Below, in pieces: positions 1 through 10,760 of a stretch of DNA of 64,000 nt. The DNA is from Thermoplasmata archaeon. GTDB taxonomy: Archaea > Thermoplasmatota > Thermoplasmata > GCA-020350865. Each line of letters begins with the position of its first letter. Within the stretch, counting starts at the first letter, position 1. A model generated the notes under the pieces. That model saw only the letters and a program-made list of their open reading frames with translations, did no database searches and was not told where the DNA came from. The translations under genes and the position numbers were made by a program. The stretch covers positions 1-64,000 of the forward strand of contig CP070751.1 in the NCBI GenBank assembly GCA_020348445.1. The letters are read 5' to 3'.

Positions 1-3000
1 GTACTTGGTGGTATTGTCTGATGCTATGAACATGATATCGCCGCCGTCCGGTTGGGCCCTTCTCGTAAGATCAGAATCTGTGATACTGATTAAAACTGGA
101 AAATTTGTCAAGTTCGCGGTTACCTTTGAGGAATTGATGGTGATTTTCTTGCGATTGCTCCAGTCTCCATAAAGGTTGCCTGTCGGGATAAATTGCACCT
201 CATTGATGACTATCTGTTGATCTAGATTTATTGCACCAGGTGTTTTACCTACCGCATTAATCCCGAAGGGATCTGCCTTGTAATTGGGATTCTCCCAATC
301 AAAAGTTGTGTTCATATCTTTTGAAATCTTATCTCGACCTATTGTCTCATTCTCGTTAATTTCGGATGTATAAATATATTCATCATTGATCCACTGGCTC
401 TGATCCATTGCCAAGAAGTCATCAGAATTTGGATCGCTTCCCCAGGCAATGTAGTCAAATATGAAGCCCTCCCTGCTTTTTACTGACAAGGTGTCCGAGT
501 CATCGAGCATGGATTTTGCAGGGGAGTCATAGTTTATTATGGACCCATAGACATCTGTGCCTGAATTCATGCCTGTTTCTCCTAAGTGGGCAACCAAATA
601 CCCTCCAGCTGCAAGTGATCCTGCACCACTTAGGTCGAACAGGTTTCCCTCGTAATCAGACAGGTATAGATCACCAAGACTGCACGCAATGCTCGAGGGA
701 TTGTAGAGCTCCACCCATTCATAATATACTGGTTCTGATGATGTTGAACTGCTGGGAGTGTTTTCTTCGATTCCTAAATATAAGAAGGAAGGAGGATCGA
801 ATTGATTGTTGTATTCTGTCGCAACCCAATCGGCTGTGTGTGCAACAGTTGATATGCGAACTTCGTCGAGAATACCAGCAAAGTTCTGTGATCCACCGTA
901 TCTTGCACCTATAGTTACTGGATAAGAAGATATTGTGGATGATAAGGGACCTCCACCTCCAGTGTCATCTCTAACCTCGGTTCCATTATGATAATGAATT
1001 TTTATTGCACCATCATAAGTAAAACTGACGTAAACCCACACACTCTTGCCAATGGTATTAGCCCCCGTATCACCACCTGCATTAAACATCAGGTCCTTAT
1101 CGCTACCATCATCATCAAGGTATGCTCCCCATAAAGTATTGGAGTCAGTTTCATCTCTCTTGAGAATGACTCTTCCCCAATTATCAAGTGAAGCATCATC
1201 GATATTTATCCAAAATGATAGGGTGAGTTTATCATGCATTCCGTCCGTTATACCAAAATCACCTAAAATAAACCGGTCATCACCGGAACTTCCTGTAAAC
1301 TCCTGGCCATACCCGATTTGGCCAGTGATCCTTGTTGGAGTATCGCCTCTGCTTCCGTAATTAGATAATGATACCGAGTTCTCGATGCTCCCCGTCTGCT
1401 CCAGCATATGATAAACTCCAACATAACCATTGCTCCAAACTCCAAATGAATGCTCTGTTGAGATTGTTTGAGCACTGTTTCCGTAATACATCTGGATTAT
1501 CTTATCCTCAGTTGGAGAGAGCCACGGGACTTTTACCCAAGCAATAAGTTCCCCTAAACCGCTTTGGTAACTCTCTATCTCATGATCGAGCCTAGCCTGA
1601 CCTTGTACAAATATTATATCGTGTCCATCAGACCGGGCTTTGGCTACTAGATCGGAGTCCGTGATTTTTACTAGAACCGGGAAGTCGGCTACACCACCTG
1701 AAACCTTGGAGGAATTGATAGTTATGTTCTTTCGATAGCTCCATTCCGTGTTATACCAATTTTGTATAACATCTTCACTTCCAACAGAGCAGAACAATGC
1801 AGCATCTACGATATTCCTGTATGAGGTGTTGATCCAATCCCATGAACGAACCGTAAATGAAACTCGCGCCTCATCTATCAAACCATCCCAAGTATCGGCA
1901 GCATCACTTATTCTAAAATCCCTTGAAGGACTACTAATATCTTTACCATCCTTGGAACTCGCAGCTTTAAGATTATCGAGTTTCCCATCGATGTAAAATA
2001 TGGCTGGCCCGTCCCTATCCACTGTCACCACAACATGGTGCCACTGATCATCTTCTATGTTGCCTTTACTGTCCGTATATGCTCTGTTTGAGCCATCCCC
2101 ATCTCCAAAATACATCCGAAAGTCATTATTGGAGTTGTAATCAAAGAGCCAGTATCCTGCAACATTGCTTGCTGTTCCTCCTTTTTCAACAATTGTTGGA
2201 TAGTTTACAGAGACAGATGAATCCAGTTGAACCCAAGCCTCTATTGTGAAATCACTGTACCCTGCATCCAAACTCTGCGAGCAATAATTGTCTCTATATA
2301 GGTAATCATCAGTTCCATCGAAACTGAATGCACCGTCAATTCTGCCATTCACAAGATTGGTTTGGTCCATTGAGCCTTGCGATTCCAGGTGGTTCATATA
2401 GGATGAGCTGTCTAAAATCGCACCATCATAATCATTCCTTGGAATCTCATTTAAGTGCCACACACCCCGATAATCATCATCCCATACTCCCTTGGGATTT
2501 GAATTATCCCCTGCAAGCGGATTGTTGTAATACATGTAAATCGTTGTATCCACAGTTGAAGAAAGAATTGGAATGCGCACATAGGCTTTCAATTCCCCAG
2601 AGCTACCATCGTAACTGACTATCTCATGTTGTAGCCTACTACCATCTAAGCTCTTGAAATGGATATCTCGTCCATCACCCCGGGCATTACTTGATAAATC
2701 TGAATCGATGATGTGGATAAAAACAGGGAAATCTGTAAGGTCTCCAGAAACTTGTGAGGAATTGAGGGTAATTGGTTTACGATTGTTGCAATCATCAATA
2801 GAGAAGAATGCACTTGGATCAACTTGATTGTACCATTCTGTAGCAACCCACTCTAAGGAGCGATCTACATTACAAATCCTGACCTCATCAATTATTCCTC
2901 CAAAATTCTGGGATGGAGAATCCTGTGCACCTATTGTAACGGCCCAGTTTGAGTTACTTAAAGGGCCACTTACATCTGTATCCTGGGTCGCCTCGCTACC

Positions 3001-6000
3001 GTTTATATAGAATTTCTTTATTGAGCCGTCATAGGTTCCGGCAAGATGCACCCAGCAGCTCTTTGCTACATTTTGGGAACCTGTGCTGTCCGTTTTGGTA
3101 TTCCAATATATCATCTTATCAGATGCGTCGGCATTGAAACCCAACATATATTCATAACTTGAATCTGTCTCGTCCCTCTTTGAAATGATCTTGGCATAGT
3201 CTTCAAGTGATGGATCATCGATGTACGACCAGGCTGAAACTGTGAGGTTGCTTTGTGTACCGTCGCATAGGCCAAGATTTCCCAAGGAGATCATGTCATC
3301 CTCCCCATTACCTGTAAACTCCTGACCGTATCCAAACTTGCCTGTTACCTGCGTAGGAGTGAGCCATTGGGTTCCGTAATTCTTGTTTTTGACAGAATTG
3401 ATATAGGGCTCCCCTGTTTCTTTCAGGTGATAGACTCCGACAAATCCATTTGTCCATACCTCATGGGGCTGCTGTTGATTTGAGGCGCTTAGATTACCGT
3501 AATACAAGTAGATTATTGTATCATCGGTAGATGAAAGAAAAGGTATTTTTATCCAGACCACTAACCTGCCTGTGGTGCCATTGAAGAGTTCGATTTCGTG
3601 GGCCAGTTTTGTATCACCGTCTTTTCCTACGAACAGGATATCATCACCATCAGGTTGTGCGTAAGCCGCTAAATCCCATAGGGTCATGTCAAGGACCACA
3701 GGAAAATCAGATAGATCACCTGCCACCTTGCCTGCGTGTATCGTGAGTTTCTTTTTGTAATCCCAGGCTTTATCATAGGGATTTCCAGATGGATCGAACA
3801 TAACTTCGTTTATGATTATGAACTGATCCATATTAATCGCGCCCTGAGTAATAGAGCCTGCATGGATACCGAATGGATCTGCCTTGCCTGTCTCAGGCCC
3901 CTCCCAATCCAAAGGAGAGTTTGTATCTGTGGAATCTCTATCGCGCCCAAAGGATTCGCCCTCTTTAAGGGAAGATGTATCCACATACTCACCATCGGTC
4001 CAAAATCCTTCTGATACTGCATCATCGTCATCTGTGTCGGGATTCCTCCCCCAGGCTACAAAATCTACAATGGAATCAAAATTATTGTATAAGTATAGAC
4101 CATCTGTATAATCCAGATTTTTTGAAGTTAGATTTATGACCAGCTTGGGTCTTATACTTGTATCATCTGTATAATCACTTGATCGAAAATATGGATTGGG
4201 ATCATTGGCATCATCATAATCGGCTCTCAAAAGCATGCCGTAATTGGGATAGGTCCCATTTACCCAACCTTTCACCAAATCGGTAATATCCCATGAATAC
4301 CAGCCATTAACAGGAGGAACTGTTGTACTGCTTTCTTCAGTACTATCATAATCACCTCCCAAAGTAGCCCATGAATTTGTCCCGTCATATGTATTCCAAT
4401 TTGAGTCTAGTTCGGTCCAGGATTGGGTTAACCTGTGTACATAGATATTCGAGCTAAATGAATTGCCGCTACTTCGATATAACCAAAGCTTTGCATTTTC
4501 AATGTTTTCGGGGGCACTTGATAAATCAAATTGTATTATGGGCCTGTGCTCTGCACTGGAATCGTTTCGAACAGATACAATCGTCCCAGTACCAAAATTC
4601 AATGTTGCGCCGTTACTTAGCATATAATTATCTTTACCATCTGTTGCATCCGGTTGAATCACCATATCATTTACCATTCCATAGACATCAGTTGTACTGT
4701 TCGTTCCTTGCTGGTTTAGATGACACACCAAATACCCACTGGGAGGTATGGTGCCTGCACCTGTTAAATCAAATGTGAATCCATCATTATCTCTAAGAAA
4801 CCACCCTGACAAATCAATTGATGAATCTCCATAATTATAGATCTCCGCCCATTCATAACCAGGTGAAATACCGCTTGTGACTTCTTCGCTACCCACAGTT
4901 ATGAATGTAGAGGGTGAATACTGGTTGTTATATTCTGTCTTGATCCATCCCGCGGTTCGTACTCCTAATGAAACTCGCACCTCATCGAGCCAACCCTCAG
5001 GAGTTTCTGAATTATCTCCTATTTCAAAATCCTGAGCAGCAGCATCGATACCTCCAAAAGTGCCGCTAATTGGAAAATCATCATCCTGTCTTTGCTCAAT
5101 CCCGTTTTCATAGGCACATAATTCATTGTTATTTCTATCGCACACACCTACTAGATACACCCACGTTCCATTGGCATACCTGAAATTGTTTGTCTCAGAT
5201 GTGATAGTGTCTGAGACCCGAAAATACCCTTGCTGACCATCAGATCTGGCACGGATGGCATAACCTCCGGATCCGGAGCCTGAGCCACCCTTGGATACTA
5301 AATCCTGATATCCTGTGGTCTCATTTATGTTAGCCCAGCAGCTTAAAGTCATGCTATTTGTACCAAAATCAAGATGACCATCGGGTACGGAGCCGAAATC
5401 AACCTCTGCATCCAATCCATCGAATAGGTATGCATTCCCTATCTGTCCTGTTCCCCCTCGGACAATAGTTGCATCTGGTGTCGCTGAAAAATCGTACATT
5501 GATGAGTCGAGGGTATCTCCGCTGGTATCATCAAGGTGCCAAACTCCCCTGTAGTTGTTGCTCCAAACATCAGCCGCATTCTCTTGATTCTCTGCTGTGG
5601 AGTTGCCGTAATACATGTAAATTACTGTATCATGGGTTGAGGAAACCAAGGGAACCTTCACCCATGCATTCAATTCCCCTGTAGCGTTTATGTAGAGCGT
5701 GATTTCATGATCAAGTTTTGTCTCAGCGTCAGATGCAGTAAAGAGAATATCGTCCCCATCAGGTTGTGCCTTTGCTGCAAGGTCTAAATCAAATATGCTG
5801 ATAAGCACAGGAAAATCTGCAAGGTCTTCCTCCACCTTTGTATGATCGATTATGATTGCCTTGCGGTAGCTCCATATACCGTCATAAGGTCCACCTGGGG
5901 GATCTGCCATTATCTCGTTGAATACGATGGATGGTATGGAGTAAGTCACAGTAAAATAACAGTAATCAAGATAGAAATGATCTGGTCCTCCTCCATTCTC

Positions 6001-6654
6001 AAGCCCTCTGAACCTCACTTTGAAGTTGCCGGAATTGAGGTTCACAGCCGTGGGAAGGTTCAAGGTTTGAACCAATATTGTGTCTATATCTGTGTCTGCC
6101 GGTGAGCTTAATGAGTATCCTCCCAAGTCGTTCTGGGTTGCATTGACTCTCCATGTAATATCTGAAAGAGGATCAGCTGTAAGCTGCCAACCGTTGTTTG
6201 TGTAGTATCCAAAGTAATAGGTTATGTCAATAACCTTTGCAACGGAAGGGATACCCGCGTTTGGGAAAAAGACTTCGATCCAATCTGAAGATGGCTCGTT
6301 TGAATCACCACTTTGTTCATAAACGGCATCACCACTTGCATCCTCATCAAGCTCTAGATAATTCAAACCATCACCATCAGAGTTTGCAGCATCAATTGGA
6401 TAGATATGTCCTGAGATGAATTCACTTCTGGTATTTCGTTCATTTAGTAATGCATTATCAGCTCTGTTTGAACTGACCTCGCAATTACCCAACTTAAAAC
6501 CAGGTGGTACTATTTCATCCCGGTTGTCCACAGATTCTTTTGATTCTGGATTTGATATGAATATTGAGGTTAGGATAGAATTACAAATTAACATCAAGAA
6601 AATTACACCCGAAATTATGGGTTCTTTTGACATGGCTTTTTTACATTTTATCAT
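1..6654 (-). CDS. Very large secreted/cell-surface protein (>2218 aa, runs off window) with four DUF2341 modules, LamG-like domains, a lamin-tail domain and a DNRLRE domain
   Basis: Not in ORF track (no stop in window). Manual translation of sampled segments from ATG 6654 (MIKCKKAMSKEPIISGVIFLMLICNSIL, signal-like) to base 1 (RAQPDGGDIMFIASDNTTKY) stays in one frame; repeated W.YRK.I.I...V...L.DFPVL...AQPDG.DI.F modules, LDEVRIS LamG motifs, YEWAEIYN...DLSGWFLRD, RPIIQFDLS. Confidence 0.85.
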   Translation of the reverse strand, partial: MIKCKKAMSKEPIISGVIFLMLICNSILTSIFISNPESKESVDNRDEIVPPGFKLGNCEVSSNRADNALLNERNTRSEFISGHIYPIDAANSDGDGLNYLELDEDASGDAVYEQSGDSNEPSSDWIEVFFPNAGIPSVAKVIDITYYFGYYTNNGWQLTADPLSDITWRVNATQNDLGGYSLSSPADTDIDTILVQTLNLPTAVNLNSGNFKVRFRGLENGGGPDHFYLDYCYFTVTYSIPSIVFNEIMADPPGGPYDGIWSYRKAIIIDHTKVEEDLADFPVLISIFDLDLAAKAQPDGDDILFTASDAETKLDHEITLYINATGELNAWVKVPLVSSTHDTVIYMYYGNSTAENQENAADVWSNNYRGVWHLDDTSGDTLDSSMYDFSATPDATIVRGGTGQIGNAYLFDGLDAEVDFGSVPDGHLDFGTNSMTLSCWANINETTGYQDLVSKGGSGSGSGGYAIRARSDGQQGYFRVSDTITSETNNFRYANGTWVYLVGVCDRNNNELCAYENGIEQRQDDDFPISGTFGGIDAAAQDFEIGDNSETPEGWLDEVRVSLGVRTAGWIKTEYNNQYSPSTFITVGSEEVTSGISPGYEWAEIYNYGDSSIDLSGWFLRDNDGFTFDLTGAGTIPPSGYLVCHLNQQGTNSTTDVYGMVNDMVIQPDATDGKDNYMLSNGATLNFGTGTIVSVRNDSSAEHRPIIQFDLSSAPENIENAKLWLYRSSGNSFSSNIYVHRLTQSWTELDSNWNTYDGTNSWATLGGDYDSTEESSTTVPPVNGWYSWDITDLVKGWVNGTYPNYGMLLRADYDDANDPNPYFRSSDYTDDTSIRPKLVINLTSKNLDYTDGLYLYNNFDSIVDFVAWGRNPDTDDDDAVSEGFWTDGEYVDTSSLKEGESFGRDRDSTDTNSPLDWEGPETGKADPFGIHAGSITQGAINMDQFIIINEVMFDPSGNPYDKAWDYKKKLTIHAGKVAGDLSDFPVVLDMTLWDLAAYAQPDGDDILFVGKDGDTKLAHEIELFNGTTGRLVVWIKIPFLSSTDDTIIYLYYGNLSASNQQQPHEVWTNGFVGVYHLKETGEPYINSVKNKNYGTQWLTPTQVTGKFGYGQEFTGNGEDDMISLGNLGLCDGTQSNLTVSAWSYIDDPSLEDYAKIISKRDETDSSYEYMLGFNADASDKMIYWNTKTDSTGSQNVAKSCWVHLAGTYDGSIKKFYINGSEATQDTDVSGPLSNSNWAVTIGAQDSPSQNFGGIIDEVRICNVDRSLEWVATEWYNQVDPSAFFSIDDCNNRKPITLNSSQVSGDLTDFPVFIHIIDSDLSSNARGDGRDIHFKSLDGSRLQHEIVSYDGSSGELKAYVRIPILSSTVDTTIYMYYNNPLAGDNSNPKGVWDDDYRGVWHLNEIPRNDYDGAILDSSSYMNHLESQGSMDQTNLVNGRIDGAFSFDGTDDYLYRDNYCSQSLDAGYSDFTIEAWVQLDSSVSVNYPTIVEKGGTASNVAGYWLFDYNSNNDFRMYFGDGDGSNRAYTDSKGNIEDDQWHHVVVTVDRDGPAIFYIDGKLDNLKAASSKDGKDISSPSRDFRISDAADTWDGLIDEARVSFTVRSWDWINTSYRNIVDAALFCSVGSEDVIQNWYNTEWSYRKNITINSSKVSGGVADFPVLVKITDSDLVAKARSDGHDIIFVQGQARLDHEIESYQSGLGELIAWVKVPWLSPTEDKIIQMYYGNSAQTISTEHSFGVWSNGYVGVYHMLEQTGSIENSVSLSNYGSRGDTPTRITGQIGYGQEFTGSSGDDRFILGDFGITDGMHDKLTLSFWINIDDASLDNWGRVILKRDETDSNTLWGAYLDDDGSDKDLMFNAGGDTGANTIGKSVWVYVSFTYDGAIKIHYHNGTEVRDDTGGGGPLSSTISSYPVTIGARYGGSQNFAGILDEVRISTVAHTADWVATEYNNQFDPPSFLYLGIEENTPSSSTSSEPVYYEWVELYNPSSIACSLGDLYLSDYEGNLFDLSGAGSLAAGGYLVAHLGETGMNSGTDVYGSIINYDSPAKSMLDDSDTLSVKSREGFIFDYIAWGSDPNSDDFLAMDQSQWINDEYIYTSEINENETIGRDKISKDMNTTFDWENPNYKADPFGINAVGKTPGAINLDQQIVINEVQFIPTGNLYGDWSNRKKITINSSKVTANLTNFPVLISITDSDLTRRAQPDGGDIMFIASDNTTKY

Positions 6655-7016
6655 GGGATACCATCTCAATAGAGATATTATCTAGAGGCGCCATGATTTG
6701 AGAGTCAACTGAAACATTATAACGTCATTCGTTTCTGCACTCCCAGCTTTCCTTCCATTAATATTAATAATTATTATTGTACTGCACTATATATCATTGA
6801 GAGATTTCGATTAAATACTTTTGAGCAGAAAATCAGGTTTGATTACTAAATTTGAGAAAAAAGACCCAAACGTTTATCACTGCATGGCTTAATACTGCCT
6901 TCGGTATTTTGTAAAAAAGGCGACCTGAATTAAGAATATATAAATGGATTTAAGAATGAGAATGAATTTTTTCTAATATCTGAGGAAGGGGATGTAAAAT
7001 CAAATCAGTATTTAAT

Positions 7017-7868
7017 TTAGGTACCCAGTTGTATCTCTTCGAGCCATCTAAGCCTTTTTAAATGATCTGCTCTTGCAATCTCCCTTTTTTTGATGCCCTG
7101 CTCAACCAATTCCAATCTGTCTAATGCCCTTTTTAAAGCCTCGATGGTGGGATTGCTAAGATCCAGCTTTGCCATCTCAAATTGCCTTTCTAAAACTGAC
7201 ATCCCATCCTCAAAATCGCTGTAACCTTTACAAAAATCATCTATTATTATGTCGATGATTCTTGCAAACTCAACCCTCTCTCCCTCAAAAATTTGATGAG
7301 GATGGATAATCTTTGGTCTTGAGGGAAATTTCGGTTTTCCGATCCTTGGATCCATCATATTTCTACCAAGAGCATAGAAAGCCTGGTTTACGTTCCTGCC
7401 ATTTTTCGCACTTGTGAGGTAATATGGGACATTGTATCTAGACGCAAACTCCCTCAGGTCCTCCTGGGTGAATTTCGCTTTTCTCATCAAATCTCTTTTA
7501 TTTGCCAAAATAACAAATGGAATATTGCCCACAAGACTCTGCACCTTGGGAATCCAATATTCCTCCAAGCTATCCAGTGTTTCCTTTCTTGTGATGTCTG
7601 TCACCATGAAAACACCGTTTGCCCCTTTAAAGCTGGAAACATGCAGTTTAGCAAATCCTTTCTGCCCCAGTAGGTCCCATATTTGTAGCTTCAACATGAT
7701 GGATTCATTGCCAAAGGGAATATGCAGGACTTTTGCCGTGGTCTTTGAACCGATTGTGGTGATATAGATATCGTCAAATGTATCATATACGAACCTTCGA
7801 ATCAGACTTGTTTTTCCCACTGCTCCATCGCCGAGAACGCACATCTTCTTAATTATTTCTTTTTTCAT
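7017..7868 (-). CDS. Rab/Ras-like small GTPase with C-terminal helical extension (paralog 1)
   Basis: G1 GDGAVGKTS, G2 YITTIG, G3 WDLLGQ, G4 NKRD, G5 SAK; ~80-aa C-terminal domain shared with 18225 and 22783. Confidence 0.9.
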   Translation of the reverse strand: MKKEIIKKMCVLGDGAVGKTSLIRRFVYDTFDDIYITTIGSKTTAKVLHIPFGNESIMLKLQIWDLLGQKGFAKLHVSSFKGANGVFMVTDITRKETLDSLEEYWIPKVQSLVGNIPFVILANKRDLMRKAKFTQEDLREFASRYNVPYYLTSAKNGRNVNQAFYALGRNMMDPRIGKPKFPSRPKIIHPHQIFEGERVEFARIIDIIIDDFCKGYSDFEDGMSVLERQFEMAKLDLSNPTIEALKRALDRLELVEQGIKKREIARADHLKRLRWLEEIQLGT

Positions 7869-7970
7869 ACAAATTACCCTTTGAGGTAATTCTCAGGCAA
7901 TTAAGGATGAATTGATCGATTAAGACGTCGTAGACTTGCTCTCATTTAATCTTGGAGTTATCATTGTCGT

Positions 7971-7992
7971 TTACCGAGGTTTACCTCGGTAA
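7971..7992. promoter_or_regulatory. Perfect 10-bp inverted repeat in divergent intergenic region
   Basis: TTACCGAGGT-tt-ACCTCGGTAA; related AATTACC-N6-GGTAATT at 7872-7891. Confidence 0.4.
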
Positions 7993-8247
7993 TCTTCTTT
8001 TACCACTCTTTTATTGACTAACCATGAAGAGATTTTCCTCTAAATATAATAGAAATCTGTAACTTTTAAAGGGTTTTGTTAATAAAATCACGTTTGATAA
8101 TTTTATCCTAAAAGGTGTATTATAACCTATTTAACAGATAATCTCATGAGCATTACCTTTTTATAACCTAAACTCTGAACTAAAAATCCATTATGAATAA
8201 CCAACACGAAACTTTTTAATCGTAATAACAGATACAGATTGCAGAGA

Positions 8248-8964
8248 ATGGGATACATGGCTGAGACCATCTATACAACAAGGGATATCAACAGGGCAAT
8301 TAGAGCCCAAATGAAAAAAGGAGCAGCCACGAGGATAGAAGGACTCACTGGCCAGGATAACATAGCCGTTGGCCTTGAAGGTGATGTTAAAATCACGATT
8401 ATAGGCGAGGCAGGTGACTTCTTTGGAGCCTTAAATTGTGGAACAACTCTACTTTTGAAAGGAAACTCAGGCAGATTCCTGGGAGACACAATGTCGTCTG
8501 GAAAGATAGTTGTTGAGGGAAAAGCAAGTGACGGAGCAGGTGCGAACTTGCACGGGGGGGAGATCATAATCAAAGGGAATGCAGGTGGCAGAATAGGCGT
8601 CGGAATGAAGGGCGGGATGATAATAATAGACGGTGATGTTGGTGATGAGCTTGGAGTGAATCTCTTCGGAGGCGATATTCTCATAACCGGCAACGCAGGT
8701 AAAAATGTCGGTAGATCAATGACAGGAGGTAACATCTTCGTAAACGGTAAGATAAAAAGCCTTGGGGAGAACGCAAAAGCCCTAAAACCTGGCAAATCCG
8801 ATAAATTGAAACTAACTAACTTTCTTACCAAACAGAATCTTATGGGTGAGTTCAAATTTAAAAAAGTGATAAGTAAAAGGGAGATACCCCTTGATACAAT
8901 CAAAAGTGCATTCGGAATGAGCATAAAGAAGGGGCTCGCAAATGAAGAACCCGAAGATATCTAA
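8248..8964 (+). CDS. Glutamate synthase domain 3 (GXGXG, GltB3/FwdC-like) protein
   Basis: Repeated G..G..AG..M.GG.I.I.G beta-helix motifs; start 8248 or 8257. Confidence 0.85.
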   Translation: MGYMAETIYTTRDINRAIRAQMKKGAATRIEGLTGQDNIAVGLEGDVKITIIGEAGDFFGALNCGTTLLLKGNSGRFLGDTMSSGKIVVEGKASDGAGANLHGGEIIIKGNAGGRIGVGMKGGMIIIDGDVGDELGVNLFGGDILITGNAGKNVGRSMTGGNIFVNGKIKSLGENAKALKPGKSDKLKLTNFLTKQNLMGEFKFKKVISKREIPLDTIKSAFGMSIKKGLANEEPEDI

Positions 8965-8995
8965 AAGAAAGTGATGATAATTTGAAAGAGGCGAT

Positions 8996-10219
8996 GTGTT
9001 GAAGGATAATGAGCAGAAGTCAAATAACAATGAACTCGACCTCAGAGGATTGGCTGAGGAGGACATGGCCTCTATATTGGATGAATTGGCAATGGTTACC
9101 TCCACCATCGATGATACACTGGGTTCGAAGGAGGAAAAAGAGAGCTCCACTGAGGTGATAATCGGGGAAGGCAGAAATGTTAAATTCCCATTGCTTTTGA
9201 CCCATTCTCTTTTTGTGGACGCAAACCGCATGGCCAATGTTAACAAGGCCGTCAGGATAGCAGCGGCTTATGGGAGCAGCATGGTCCAAATCCCTATAAA
9301 TGTCGGTGAGGGGATCCTATCCGAAGAAAAAAAGATTGAAAAGAAATTTCAAGGCGATTTTATCCTGCAATGGTCGCCCATTAGAATGGCTATTGATACA
9401 ACCACCTTGGGTATGGCAAAAAGTATTGTAATTGATCTAACTTGGAAGCGACATTCGAGGCTATATACCCATGACGAGACCTTAAATAGGGTAAAGGGGA
9501 AGGGGGGATTAATTAGCGGAGATTCAATTGGTCCGGTCTCTCATTTGGATATCGAAGAAATGGCTGATCTTAAAAAACACGTGGATCTTTTGAGGGAGTC
9601 AACAGAATATAACCTGCCTATAATGATAAAGATACCGTCGGGAGCATTGTATGAAAACACGAAAGCATCGATAGAAGCCGAGCCTGATGCCATAATTATC
9701 GACACCAGCATGGACCCCTTTTCAACACTGGCTTCCTTAAATGGTACCTTTGGCACCTCTATTCTGGGCTCTATACAACCTGCAAAAAAAGCCTTCAAGG
9801 CATCAAGCGCCCAAAAGAAGGGGATTAAACTGCTGGTTTCTGGGGGATTCAGAAATGGAGCAGATATTTTAAAAGTCCTGGCCATGGGTGCTGATGCTGT
9901 GGGAATTACCGAATCGGCCGTTGTTGCCATGGGCTGCAACCTATGCGGAGAATGCCCAAAAGGTAAGTGTCAAATGGGCATTGCCACAAAAGATTCACGA
10001 TTAAAATCCAATTTTGATTGGAAAATCGCGGGAAAGAACCTTGCCGATTATCTGAAAACCACAAAACATGAGATGGAACTTCTTCAGGATGTAATTGGGG
10101 TGATAGATGTTAAGGACCTTACAAGCGACCATGTAAGGGCTCTGACATATGATACAGCGGCGATAACAGGTATCAAGCTCATTGGTTACGATCGCGAGCT
10201 GCCCATGTGGTTCCATTGA
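8996..10219 (+). CDS. FMN-binding glutamate synthase family (GltB2-like) protein, divergent
   Basis: SGGFRNGADILKVLAMGADAVG and MGCNLCGECPKGKCQMGIATKD Fe-S motif. Confidence 0.8.
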   Translation: MLKDNEQKSNNNELDLRGLAEEDMASILDELAMVTSTIDDTLGSKEEKESSTEVIIGEGRNVKFPLLLTHSLFVDANRMANVNKAVRIAAAYGSSMVQIPINVGEGILSEEKKIEKKFQGDFILQWSPIRMAIDTTTLGMAKSIVIDLTWKRHSRLYTHDETLNRVKGKGGLISGDSIGPVSHLDIEEMADLKKHVDLLRESTEYNLPIMIKIPSGALYENTKASIEAEPDAIIIDTSMDPFSTLASLNGTFGTSILGSIQPAKKAFKASSAQKKGIKLLVSGGFRNGADILKVLAMGADAVGITESAVVAMGCNLCGECPKGKCQMGIATKDSRLKSNFDWKIAGKNLADYLKTTKHEMELLQDVIGVIDVKDLTSDHVRALTYDTAAITGIKLIGYDRELPMWFH

Positions 10220-10363
10220 AGATGGTTCTTTTTATGATTTCAGATCGCTATAATCCCAGTGTTCACGTCCTTAAATCTAGCGTTTATCAAAGATAAAACT
10301 CCTCTATCCCGCACCCAACTTTAATATACCCTAAAGGATATATATTCCCTGAGGTGGCAAGGG

Positions 10364-10618
10364 ATGTTATTCGTATCGACTATAAAGGCCCAATTAGGCC
10401 AGCATCTAGAGGCGATCAAGCTCTTTAAAAGACCAAAGATACCAGAAGGCGTGGAAATATTACAGTTTCTAGGAGTTTTCGGCGATAAAGACGCAATTTT
10501 AATATTTTCGGCGCCTGACGAGGCCACGGCAGCTGAATTCACGGTGCAGTTCTGTCATGTGGCTGCAATTCAAACATCCTTGGCCCTGCCCATAGAGGAT
10601 CTGAAATGGACCCATTGA
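10364..10618 (+). CDS. Small GYD-like alpha/beta-barrel protein
   Basis: 84 aa, GVFGDKDAILIFSAPDE resembles the GYD family (G.yD...i.eapd); GAGG RBS. Confidence 0.55.
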   Translation: MLFVSTIKAQLGQHLEAIKLFKRPKIPEGVEILQFLGVFGDKDAILIFSAPDEATAAEFTVQFCHVAAIQTSLALPIEDLKWTH

Positions 10619-10760
10619 AACCCTAAATGTTCTTTTGAGATCCCGGGAATTATAGTTACTAAGCCTTTATTTTATAATCTTTAGGTACGCATCTGCTGTT
10701 TCAAATCGGGAATTAAATATATCTAGTTCCACTGCTTTTTGGAAAACGGGGATCGTTATA

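Noticed and set aside
516-6685. Plus-strand ORFs listed in the track across 0.5-6.7 kb
   Set aside because: Antisense shadows of the large minus-strand surface-protein gene; no recognisable motifs
8271-8924. 217-aa minus-strand Pro-rich ORF
   Set aside because: Antisense to the Gly-rich GltB3 gene
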